A stretch of 64,000 nt of DNA, from positions 76,446,001-76,510,000 of the forward strand of contig OX638150.1 of the NCBI GenBank assembly GCA_951804945.1, written 5' to 3'. Source of the stretch: Podarcis cretensis (taxonomy: Eukaryota). The notes below the pieces were generated by a model. It was not told the DNA's origin. It did not search any database and saw nothing but the letters and a program-made list of their open reading frames with translations. Of this stretch, positions 48,211 through 60,336 are shown piece by piece (position 1 is the stretch's first letter; each line of letters begins with the position of its first letter). Made by a program: the position numbers and the translations under genes.

Positions 48211-51039
48211 ATGCTTGTCAAACATAAAATAAGACTACTCTTGAACATGGTGCCTGGAAAGCAACGCTTTGGAGTATATAGATTTCTCCCTTTCTTTTTT
48301 ATCCTTGGAGGTGCTATGGAATGGTTTATGATCAGAGTCCGAATTGGGAAAGAGACTTTTTGTAAGTATTTTCATAAAGTTATCTAATATTTTTCTCTTA
48401 GCAGATATATCTACAGTCATTGTTAAAAGCCTAGAACAGATATTTCCTAGTTTGTGTAACCCATTACTACCTCTAAAATAAGTTCATAATTGCTTGAATA
48501 ATCATACCTGAAGATTTGCTTTGCTTTATGTTCAGTTTTTATTAAATGGAGAAATAGCCCAATATGATCTCAAACAGGTAACCACAATATGGGTAACTTA
48601 AGACTTTATGGCTAATGGTATCAAAGGTCTCAGAACTCTTTAATGGGATGCAGTTGCCCTTGCTGCTCTTCTAAGAGACAAGTGACATATTTCACAAAGT
48701 ACAATTTCAGTGCTATGCCCAATTCAATACCTAGACTGGTCATTTAAGAAGTTGATGGTTTAGTCAGCTACTGTATATGCTCAGTGATCTTCCCCCTCCC
48801 TTGAAAAAGTTAGAGATGAACTGATAGCTACCTGGAAAATCCACATTTAAATAGGTTTTTGAGGAGGGATGAGCGTCTAGAAATTTAAGGCAGTGGTAGT
48901 ATATTGTTCTCTGTGAATGAATGATCCTTAGCCACAGCCACCAAGGAAGTTGTTTTTCTCAAAATGGTTTTACCAGCTTTGTTGAGTGTTGGTACTACAC
49001 CCAGGTGGTTCTTTCTCATGCATCATTCTCCCTATCAAACGGTGAGGCAAACTGAAGCTAATTCAAATAGCCTTAAGCAACACGGCCCTGGTCAAATAAT
49101 CTAATAATTTTCTTGTGCATGTAGGTGAAGTTAGGTTGGGGGGAAGAGCTCCCCAGATGGCTGACAGTGGGAATCACTGCTCATATCAAAGATAATTTTG
49201 GCATGCTAAGGCAGCTATCTTCAACCTTTTCAGATCCAGGACCCATTTTTAACCCAAACATGTATTTGTGGTAAAAGATTAAGAAATGGGTCCCCATACT
49301 GTTGGATCAGGCTTTGACCAGTTGACCAGTGGACCAGTTGAAGAACTGTGCTCTGAGGCATCCATAGCCAGTTTTATTTTTCTGCCTCAGTTGTCACTTC
49401 ACTCTCTGCCTCATATTGTTTGTTCAGGGCAGTCTTTCTTTCATTTTTTTCTCTGTACTTGGTGTGTGGCTATTTGTGGGACCCTTGTTGTCCCTTCTGT
49501 GCTGCTGGCAATTGTTTTTTTCTGACTTTTTCCGTGCTTTGCCACCCTGATGTTCTCCGTCTCCTTCCTTCTCTCCCACCCCCAAAGCCACCTGCCCTTC
49601 CCTCTCCTCAGCCATCTTTGCCTGCCTTTCTCTCAATCTACCTTCCTCTATAGTCTGATGAAAAAGTTAAAAATCAATTAAGAGAGGACCCTCTTGTTTA
49701 TTCCACACCTATTTCCCTGCCCTGAATACGATTTGGTCTACAGTCTCTTTAAGCAGTCCATTGATACCTAACCTCTGATACATCATTTTTTGTGCATGTA
49801 AGACGACATCAGGGCCTCACTCTTGTTGGCTATGGGGTCCGCCTCTCTCAAACTACTTGTTATTTAATTTTTGTTCCATATCTTCACACTTCTCAGTTCT
49901 TTTGGCAGGGAGTCTTATGTCTTATACTTTTCTGTCACTGTTCTGCCTTTGGCTTATTCCACTTTGCTAGGCTTGTAATAATTAAACTGGCAATGGATGC
50001 CTTAGAGTGCCAGAAGACTTTGATTTGAACATCAATTTCTTCTGTCAACCATTGGCTGTCATCTTACATGCATGAAAAGCAACCCTTCACGGGTAAGTAC
50101 CAGCAGTATCATCTCATGAAATAGGTAGCAGACTTAAGTCAGCAGTAGCCTGGCTAGTTTCTCCCATGAGGCTATTTTGGTTAAACCATATTCACCTGTT
50201 TTATGATGCCTGGTTATATAATTTCTGGTATTCTGAATTGGAACATGGCTGGATCTGTTACCTTTGATCTAACCTTGGAGATGAGGGATCTCTTCTCTCT
50301 AGTCTTTGAAACTTATTGCTAAGATCAGATAAGCCTCTGCCTGCTCTTTGACAGTAAACTGCCAGAGCAGGCAGCCATTCTGATCACAGTGCTGTGGAAT
50401 TACAGCACAAGATCAGAGATAACTAAGACTCTACTGTCTTTTACCATCAAAGAACAAGCAGAGGCTTGTCTCTTCTCTTGGTTCTCTTGTCCTACTGCAC
50501 TAGATGTGCCTCTACTTGCTGCTTGGTAGTGAAAGGCAGTGGGAGAGGCTTATCTCCAATCTTAGTGCTGTGGGACAAAAAGTATTAAGATCAGAGATAA
50601 GCCTAACACTTCTACCACAGCTTAAACTTTGATTCACCATATATATATCAGGTGATTGATAAGTGGATGGTCCCACTCGCCTATTAAATAGGGTCTACTG
50701 GTGGGTCAGTTCTAGATCCAGTGCTTTGGTGAGATCACATTCCCCATCCTTGTTCTAACAAGCTTTGCTTCTATAAATCACTCATTGCCATGGTATATTC
50801 TTCAAAATACGATATTTGGTGCTGTGAACTGGTTTGGCATGAATCAGCCCATTCAGTTGATTGTTTACATTGTGGGGGGCGGGGGGGGGGGATAGCTGTC
50901 TCATGAAGTGACGTAATAAATGTAAGATGCATTTAAAGGATGTTTCCACCACAGTATTTTGAGAAATAAATATTTTACAGATGACGTTTACCGTAGAAAA
51001 AGGTCTGAGAGACAGCATGAGCAAAATTTGGAAGAATGA
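48211..51039 (+). CDS. SMIM4: Small integral membrane protein 4 / UQCC5 (mitochondrial complex III assembly factor), 69 aa
   Basis: join(48211-48361,50981-51039): MLVKHKIRLLLNMVPGKQRFGVYRFLPFFFILGGAMEWFMIRVRIGKETFYDVYRRKRSERQHEQNLEE*. Matches the recalled human VPGKQRFGIYRFLPFFFVLGG..ETFYDVYRRK. Acceptor of the first coding exon at 48168/48169. Absent from the ORF track. Confidence 0.94.
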
Positions 51040-52480
51040 TGACTTTGACGCTGAATAATTTAGATGAAGTGAAATCTGAACTTCTAAATCCTACTTGCCT
51101 TTCACATCTAAATTAAGAAAATTACAAGTGTTCAGAATGAACGATGACTGTTTCGAGTCCCATGAAGTTTTTGCTACCCAGGTTGCTGGAAGATGCTGTA
51201 GTTGTCTTATTGTAGTCACAGCTACCCAGGAACTGAACAGTAAAGACCGGTTACAATACTTATATTTATTTCAGAAGCTGTAATTAATTGTACATCTAAA
51301 ACATTTCATCATTGGTTTATTGATTAATCACCTGTTTTTATAAACTCTTCCACAAATACAACTTGTAGTACTGCTTCTCTTTTCATTTTAGGGAACCTGT
51401 TTGGCATGACACTGGGCTGGTTCAGATGTAGCAAGCAATCATGAGCCTTGTCCATGCGTGGCCGCAGAGAATTCTGGAAGCTTTGCTCTGGAATGCTTTA
51501 GTACATTTCCCCCTTTTCAGCTTGTTCCAGTCGCTCTAAACAGCTGCTGAATCAAGGGAAGCAGTGAGTGGTTCATCTATTATTAGCCTTTGCAGGGTTG
51601 GCTAATGTTTCTTGAGCCAACGACCACATTGATCCAGGGTCAGTCTTCAGAGGGCTGCATGTCATGGCCAAGTATAGAAGTGGCTTTATTATTTAAATAA
51701 TAAAGTGTGTGTGTGTGAGTGTCATGCACCCCCCATCCCCAGTCTCCTGGAACTGGACGCAGCCTGCACATTAGCCACACCTGCTTTAAGGGTTTGAAAT
51801 TGTATTGTATAGTCTTTAGTATTTAGGACAAATTACCGGTACTTTTGGGGGTAATTTAACCTAAGTTAACCACAATATGCCCCAAGAAATAGACCTCAAG
51901 CCTGTATAAACTTACGCGTTACTCACATCAAAGTCCTAATGCATGAATACACAGGTGCATATAATTCAGCTTCAGAGGAGTTACACTCCTCAAAATGGGG
52001 AGAACACTGAAAAACGTTCCTGTTGCTTATATAGCTCTATGATACCAGGTGTGCTCTATCCTATAATTTGTAAAAATAGTGTTTTGAGATGTAGAGTGCA
52101 CTTTGCTGGTATTGATTATGGTACAAGTAGATCTGATGAAATTAAGGACATTTAACATTCCTTCTATAGGTCACATACTATATAAGCCGTACATGTACGT
52201 AGGAATTAAGCGTTAAGTGAATTCAACAGTGATTTTCCAGACAGGCAAAATGTGTGACCACCATCATACACCTGAGATCCAGTGGATCTGTGTATTGATT
52301 TGATACAGTTCTATATTAGGACAGTTCAGATTGTTTCATATTATCCTAGGATTGCTTTTTGGGGAAACTGTGACATGTATAGCTTGCTTATCCCTGTGGT
52401 TTCTTTATAGGACACGTCTAGATTTCCAGGAAAACTAAGAATAAGACATCAAACCTGGCTAATCCAAACTGCAAGCTATT

Positions 52481-52486
52481 TTTATT
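52481..52486 (-). terminator. Candidate PBRM1 polyadenylation signal (3'UTR about 3.4 kb)
   Basis: TTTATT on + strand at the end of a long AT-rich UTR-like stretch. Confidence 0.45.
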
Positions 52487-55400
52487 CAAATTAAAAAGCC
52501 TCAGACAAACTGATAGTACATGCACATTGACTAGTTATCACTTTACTCAATGGAGTATACAACCAGGAGTAAAAAATGAGGCATGGATTAACCAGGTCCA
52601 AAAAGCATATATGCTGAAAAGTATTATAAAACATCAACTTGAATTATTACATAAACACATTTGCTCTAAGGGAAGAGTGGGGAATATGGAATAGGAGATG
52701 AACTGCTGATCACTTCCAAACTGGTTCACTGAAAAATATTTTTTCCACTCAAGCCAACCATTTCCCATACTCTTATTTGAATATTCAATGTCCTTTTATT
52801 CTAATACAGTGCATGGCTGTAGAAAAAAACAAATAATGGGTTCAAATGGTAAAAAAAAGACATGGTTTGCTCTCCTTCTCAACAATTTATAGTTAGAAAA
52901 GTTTAGTTAGCTGGTTGTGCAATACTGGATTGTAGCCATCAAACTTTAATCCTACATGTTACTGAAATGCCCCCAGTAAAGAGAGACATGATTTTGGAAT
53001 AAATTAAATTTAAAATAATTAGGGCCAGCCTAATGGTCTAGGAGGAGTGCTCTGCACTGCCATAGAAAAGGCAAAGGCCTCATTTACAGTTCTAATTGTT
53101 TACTCCTGGGTTATTAGAAATAGTGAAGCTGCCCTCTTCAATGTCTGGAAAAGACAATGCTGCATATTATTCAACACTGATCCTCCTGAATTATACAGCA
53201 TTCAAAGGGTGTCTCATCCTGTTTATTTTTTAAATAAATAAAAATAAATAAATTCCAGGTTCTTTGGTGTAGTTTTTGCAATACCTAAAACAAAAAGTGA
53301 TTGAATTAGTAAAAGTCTATGGTGTTTCCAAGTACTAAAGATCTAGGACTTGCTGCCTCCTTTTGACATTGAAACTGAAATGTGGGAGGTAATTTCAAAC
53401 ACACTGGCCACGATCCAGAAGAGCACCCATGCACTCGCCTCAGTAGCTCCCAGTGCTGAGCTGATTTGGCATTGGCAGCTTCTGCTAAGTCACCTAAGGA
53501 AAACTCCTGGGTGCATGCAGAGATTTGTGAGGTTTTTAAAAATTGCAAAGGCCATATACTAAGATGTGTGCCACATATGATAGAATGATGATACAAAAAT
53601 CTCTGTAATATTAATATTGTATTTTGCATTAGTATCTCATCTGAAGAACCAAAACTTTAATAGTATATTTTTCACAGGCTACTTGCTGTCATCTTCATAA
53701 TGCATTGTATCACTGAAACAGATCCAGAAACATCAACTAAATATACTTTTTTCTGGATGTGTGTCAAAATAAGTAATGGAATGTAATTTTCATTGAGTGA
53801 ACTAAAGTTGGTCCAATAAGACAGTTACTTATCCTGGTGAACCACTCATTCTCTGAAGCCAACATGGCAACAATTCTTTGTTAAAATCAACCTCGTAATT
53901 AAACATGACTTCTAACGTGCCTCCTAACTGATACTTGTGCAAGCTTTGTCAGGTGGTTGCCTCCTGAATTATTTCTTTGAATCCATTCTTGATAAGCATT
54001 CCATTACTTGTCAACATTCAAAGCTGTTTTTTCTAAACTTACAAATCTAACTTTAAAGGTGAAGAGGGAGATCTAATTGTGGCAGCCCATCTTTGCAACA
54101 GGGCTCCATCCTTCCCCTCCAGTCCCCCAACCCTATGGAGCATATTTTGGGGATGCACATGAAGGAGGTTGTCCTCTTTGTACAAGTGGATGCTCCCTTG
54201 TTCTATGATGGATGTCACCCAAACAAGGAAGGCTGTTGAACTAGAAAATCCTAGTATCGGGGCTACACTATTACACATGATGTTTATCAGAGTTTATGTG
54301 CCAACTTCTCTGAAAAATGACTAGTAGCGGGGACAGGGTTCTACCCTTGATTTGAGGGGCCCATGCCTACAATTTGCACTGGAGAAAAAGCTCTTGAATT
54401 CACTACCCCTGCCCCCGCACCCTGTTTTATGGAAGAAAAAGTGTGCAGTGAAAAGCAGGCTATGCAATTAATGCCATTGGTAGTCTGGCCCTCAGACAAC
54501 AAAACAGAACTACACAACTAACAACTCCCAACTGGTTTCACCTAGGACTTTTTACATGCCTTAAGGAGCTCTCTGCTTTGTAACTGCTGTTACTAGTAAA
54601 GACAAATGCTGTATTGTCCTATAACTGGGGGAACAAAAATTAGATTAACTTTCTAAATAAATTTATGCAGGTTCAGGACACAAATTCCTACATATGATGA
54701 TCTGCTGTGTTGGGCTTATAAGCAGTGCTGTACAGCTAGGACTATGCGTATAAAAATTATCAAAATTAGGACTGCAGTGCTTTCATCAGAGCAACCTTTA
54801 AATAAAAAGTGTCAAAATACCAAGTCCTGAATAGAGCACTTATTTTAAGCTGTTAAAATACATATGCTCATTTTGCATGCTCTGTTACTTACCTTCCAAT
54901 ATCAGTTATAAACTGCATTAAATTTGCAGTGGGAACCTTAAACTACAAGAAACAAAACATCCAATTCTGATTTCGAAGTGAAGGTATTGGAAACTAAAGC
55001 TTTGCACCTTTAAAAATACACATGTATAAATGTTCTGATCTGAGAATTCAAAGATATTATGCATCCTTCATATTAGGACAGCAAAGTAGAAATCCCTCCC
55101 CCTTTATACTTAAGCTTACTCAAGTATTTCCCCAAGGAGGTGGTGCTGGTGGTGATGAGCACAGGTCTCATCCTGGAGAAATAAATTAGGTAGCACACAC
55201 TCATCAGGCCAATGTCAACTGGCATCACATGCAAGCCTTCATGTCTGCAGATCTCTTAAAGCAGACTCATCAATACAAGCCCCACTTTGAACTTATATGT
55301 GCCAACAAAAGGTGGTCTAATCAAAAGATACAGTCTTGCTTATTTCCTTTTATCAAGTTATGGGAACAAATAAAAAAGGCCTTACATTTACCAAGTTGAT

Positions 55401-55872
55401 TCCATCTTCTCCCTACCCTAGTAGCTTTATTTAAAGGAAGGCTTTAAGTTCTTGTGATGTATCTGCCAAAAGTCACTACCACACAAGCACATGGATGCTC
55501 ATGCTGCTAAGATGCAAATTGGGATTAACTTCACATTTCTCTTCGCTACACACTCTTGCTGCTTTAAAAAAAAAAAAAAGAAGGCATGAGAACCTCTGTG
55601 TAAGGCCAAATGATATAACCTTATTTTGCATTTATAACAAAAGTGTGAGATCATCTTCCATGTTAAAGAACCATATGCACAAGTCTGTATATTTTTTAAA
55701 AAAGTCAACATAATATAACAAAAAGTGAAATATGCTTATTAAAAGTGTCCTTATATAAAAAACAATCTTGCAATGTACAGTAAGATGCAATAAAACCAGT
55801 TTGCCCTCCCCCAGCAATAACTAAAACAGCTATTGTTCCACAAAAAATTTATATGTTGGTATCGAAAGAGGA

Positions 55873-56045
55873 TTAAACATTTTCTATGTTGTATGCTTGA
55901 CGGATATTAAGAGTATCTCTCAGCATCAAGTCTCGAAGGCGCCATAAGGCATCTGCCATTGTGGTGTGAGCGCCTTTGCTTTTCAACCAGTGTGTAGGAA
56001 GACGGCTCTCTTGTTCTTTTGAGAGATGGACATCACGTCTTCGTG
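55873..56045 (-). CDS. PBRM1: PBRM1 terminal coding exon
   Basis: ARRRDVHLSKEQ...YNIENV*. Confidence 0.95.
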
Positions 56046-59000
56046 CTGAAGTAGGAAAAGGGCATTCGGTTACATTTCCGTACAGCTTGTCAATATGAAT
56101 GGAATAAAGTTCATAAGTAAAATCGACAGCATGGACTTCAGCGGGAGAATGCACTCTCAATTATGAACACAAAATCACAGAAATCAAAAGGATTTGACAG
56201 AGCTAGCTGATAGAATCTTTTAAAAACTTTCTGCTGAAAAAAACATGCACACTTCTGATCAGTTTTTAAAATAATCACTTAAAAGCCCAACTACATGAAA
56301 TTTCAGATAAATCCATAAACTGAAATAAAAACTAATACAGTGGACCCTCTAGTTATGTACCGCTCTGGATATGTATCTTTCGGGTTACGAACATGGCAGA
56401 CCCAGAAGTGTATACTTCTGGGTTTCGCCACACAGGCGTGCACAGAAGCGCTCAATCACACTGCATGCATGTGCAGAAGCAGCGCCTACAGACTTTTCGG
56501 GTTGTGGACGGACCCCTGGAACGAATTTAATTTGTATCTGGAGGGTCCACTGTATTCAAATATTCATACAAAGGGTTAAAAGCAATGGGTGGAATTCAAC
56601 ATTGCATTGAATTCAACACTGCCCCCTCCTGCAATATTCTGGGATTCTCCTGCCCCACTGCAAGTTAATTTTGGGGAGCGTGTGGTAAGAATAGAGTGGG
56701 GAGAAGCTCCATTTTATAAGCAGAAGCCCTTGTGCAGGGTAATAGTGAACTTCCTTAGTGATTTCAACAGATTGCTAAAAGGCATTGTGAATAACTTATC
56801 TGCATTAGTGACTACCAACAGGGGTGAAGGAGCTGTCTTCCCCCTCCCTGTGGACTTACTATACAGCATTTGCTGAAACAGGCTTTCAATGGACGCTCCA
56901 CAATTATAGAACTCCCTTCTCATGGAGGAGTGCAGATTCCTGAATGCATAAAACATTCTCATTTCAGCTCTTTTAAAAGCCGGAGAAAGGAGAGGTGGCG
57001 ATATCAGTCAACATGACCAATGGTTGGGAATGATGGATGAAGGGCTTTATACACAGATATGCTACTTCCACTTTAAGGGATGGGGAGGCACAAGCACAGG
57101 TCGGAGCTGCACAGCACACCAGCAAAGACAATCCAGCACCCCCACTTGTGTAACCCAATCTTATATCCACTTTGTCCCTCCTCCCAGTAAATGGCAGCTA
57201 CAGCTCCGCCACACTGGGCAAGCCACTCATACAGTATAGTACTGTACAGTAATGGTAGAATTAAAAGGCCAGCCTCAAAAAAAATTTTTTTCTAGGGTCT
57301 CTGTGTTTACTGCAAGTAGACTTACCTGAAAGGGTCTGGTCCCACTTGCTAATACTACTCGAATCAGCACTTAGACCCTCAATGTATTTCAGATAAGCCT
57401 CAGAATGAAGAAGTCTTTGCGTCTTTGGTGGAGGGGAGACAAACATAGGAGTTGTTGGCTGCTGCATAACTTGCTGGGCTGCTGGATTTTGTCCAGGATA
57501 GGGAGGTGGGGCCTGCTGACCTGGTGGACCAAGGATACCCATCTGGAATAGTAAAGAACAATATCTTAAAAGATCAAACATAGCCTGACGACTGTAGTAT
57601 CTCATTGAACCAAAGATAAGTGGCGAACACTGTGTTTCTAGAGATGGTTCCATGAAAGGAAAGGGTATAACAGCAAAAGCATCTGAAACATCCTTAAGGG
57701 AATAACGATTACCCTCAGGTGTGGTGAGAAATGTGCCTGTGCCAAAAAAATAAATCTAAACAAAACCTGTTTCACGTTGTTATATCAAGACAGTCTGAAA
57801 TCTCCACAAAACAAATGTCACTTCCATGCACAACACATTCATACATATCATAGTTTTAACTGTTTGGCTATCTGGAATCTTACTTATTGATTTTTGGCGA
57901 AGATTACAGGGAATGGTATTGAGAGCAAAAGGAAGAAAGCAGGGCAAGAAATCAATAGTCATGAAAAAAAGAACAAGGAATTGTTTGGAGCAGCTTTCCC
58001 CAATGTGGTGTCTTCCATATGCTTTGAACCAAAACTCCTATAATCCCTTAACATTGGTTGTAGTACAAAGTATTTGGAGGGCTGGAGAAGGATGCTGTCC
58101 TCCCACCTATTCTCCCTCACCAGCACCTGTTGCCTTACTTAGCTTTTACTATCTGAGGGGATAGTTTATATCCTCTAACTCCTACATCATTAAATCACAT
58201 GCCAGATGTAGTAAGGAAGCAGTATCAGAAAATAAGAGGAGCAATAAACTCACTAGGTTGTGGGAGGTCAATTTATTAAAAAACAAACCCTTTGAGAGTA
58301 TGATTTATAGGATTTTCCTATGCCTATCTAAATCACTTACCTGCTGTCCAAAAGGACTTCCTGCTGAGGGGGCTCCTACCATGGAGGAAACGCTTTGACC
58401 TATAACACCTATATTTCAAAATGAAAAAGAAAAAGAAAAAGGAGTATTACAGGTATTAAAATATGATCCCCTAAGTATTCTTATTAGAAGTAGTAACTTG
58501 TGTTGACTGACAGTTTGTGGTGTTTGGGGGGCTTCCAGCCAAAATTATTTCATCTAGTAATAATCTCTTCTGTAGGCTCTGAGAATAACCTCACAAAGAC
58601 TGCTGCTACATCACAAATGAACTAGTGAAGTTGTGCAGGCATGCTAGCTTATTGTGTTGGTGGCTGTTTCTTCATGTTTACAATTTATTCAGAACCAGCC
58701 TTCCTGGGGATTATAAGGATACAGTTTGGAATTTTGATCAGATATGCAGTCATTTCTATCCGACAATGACAGGCTTTCCTTGTTGAATAAATGGGTCTAC
58801 TTTGTTGGGGTTTTAGTATTGCTTTTAAATGTATCTCTTTTTGTGCTTTTAACTATTTTTAAAAATCTTTTACATGCAAATAGCCTTGAGATGGTTGCTT
58901 AGAAGGCGATTAATACATCCATGATAATCATAGTAACACTGTTTCTGCAGCTAAGGAGACAAGGTGTTTTTAAAATAGAGAAACCTGTCAATGATAGTGA

Positions 59001-60336
59001 ACATCCACAAGCACTTTATGGCTGTTCAAAGTTCAACAGCACGACAAGCCATAAAGAAACTATGGCACACATCTATATTCCAAAGCTATAGTTAATTTCT
59101 CACTGCAAATCCTCAAATTCTTGAATGCTGGATGTTAACTGTATACCCTAGCAGGCTTGAAGAAAAAAGGGATCTTAAAGGCAATTATTCATGTTCACAG
59201 ATTTTAGGGGAACACTACTGTGAAATACATACTTAGAAATAAAGCAGGCAAATCACATTAGTTTTTGCCCACAGATTAACAGCTGAGCTTATCCACTGCA
59301 TGCAGAAAAGGAGTATGATATACCATGTAAAAGTGAAAGAAAAATTTGCAGCAGCAAAAAGGAGAAGGGGGCAATGAACAAGGGTTCCATAACAGCCCCT
59401 GTCTCCCTATAAATAGAAGTTTAATAATTGGAAACAAAATATCTGTTTCTCTTAGTTAATGTTTTATTCATGGTTTTGGATAAATATTGATCCACATCAC
59501 AAGAGAACATTTACTTTTAAGTATTTATCAAACCTGGATGAACTGTATGTTAAAGAACAAGCCTGTACCCACATTTCAACCTCTCCAGACACTAATATTC
59601 CCCTTGGCTGAAGCTTCAGTTTGCTTTGTTTAAAAATCAGGCTACAGGGTTTCATTTTTTAAAAATGATTTGCTGTTAAATGAAGTTGTTTGAAATCAGG
59701 ATGTGTATATTTGAACTAATGGTGCACAAAGAAATAAAAAACTAACAGTATACTGGTTTAAGATCCATGTCTGGTAGTGAAATTGTCCGGTTCAACAAAC
59801 AACATCACCTTCAACAGTTTCAGAAGGACTAGGAATTATGTGTCTTCAATACTCTATGTAACCGTTCAAGCCAGATCTATTTGACACTTTTTTAAAAAAC
59901 TCATGCTAAAAAGACAAGGGTATTTCCATGGTCAACTCCTTTGCTGCTGGATCAGTCACATTTGTTGCTCTGCCAACATGTATCATACATGCCAAGATGT
60001 TTGGCAAATATACTTTGTATATTTCTCAATGCACCTTGCACATCTAGAGAGCTAGACATACCTGGAGCATTCGACAGGAGTCAAGCAGTTAAGCTACAAA
60101 TGCACAAGCTGCAAACATTTCCTACGGCAACTGGTTAAATGGGGTGAGAACAGAGAGGCGAGATAATGAGTGAATGAGGTCATTCTTACCCGGTGGTGGG
60201 ATGCCTGGCATGCCTGGTGGAAGTTGGTGGGGTGGAGGCACCCCAGGGTGAAGTGGCGGCATGCTGCCCATGCTAATAATGCCATCAACTGGGCCCTGTA
60301 AAGTTGGCAGCCCTGGTGGATAGCCACCTAGCATGC
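55873..60336 (-). CDS. PBRM1: Polybromo-1 (BAF180), last 4 coding exons
   Basis: complement join(60190-60336,58341-58408,57326-57542,55873-56045); ...PPPKTQRLLHSEAYLKYIEGL...RRRDVHLSKEQESRLPTHWLKSKGAHTTMADALWRLRDLMLRDTLNIRQAYNIENV* is the PBRM1 C-terminus. Confidence 0.96.
56338..56552. mobile_element. Tc1/mariner (Tigger-like) MITE
   Basis: TIR cagtggaccctc...gagggtccactg; TA on both sides. Confidence 0.8.
57326..57542 (-). CDS. PBRM1: PBRM1 penultimate exon
   Basis: MGILGPPGQQAPPPYPG...SKWDQTLS. Confidence 0.94.
58341..58408 (-). CDS. PBRM1: PBRM1 exon (68 nt)
   Basis: GVIGQSVSSMVGAPSAGSPFGQQ|gtaagt. Confidence 0.88.
60190..60336 (-). CDS. PBRM1: PBRM1 Pro/Gly-rich cassette-type exon (147 nt, phase 1-1)
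   Basis: GMLGGYPPGLPTLQGPVDGIISMGSMPPLHPGVPPPHQLPPGMPGIPPP. Confidence 0.92.
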
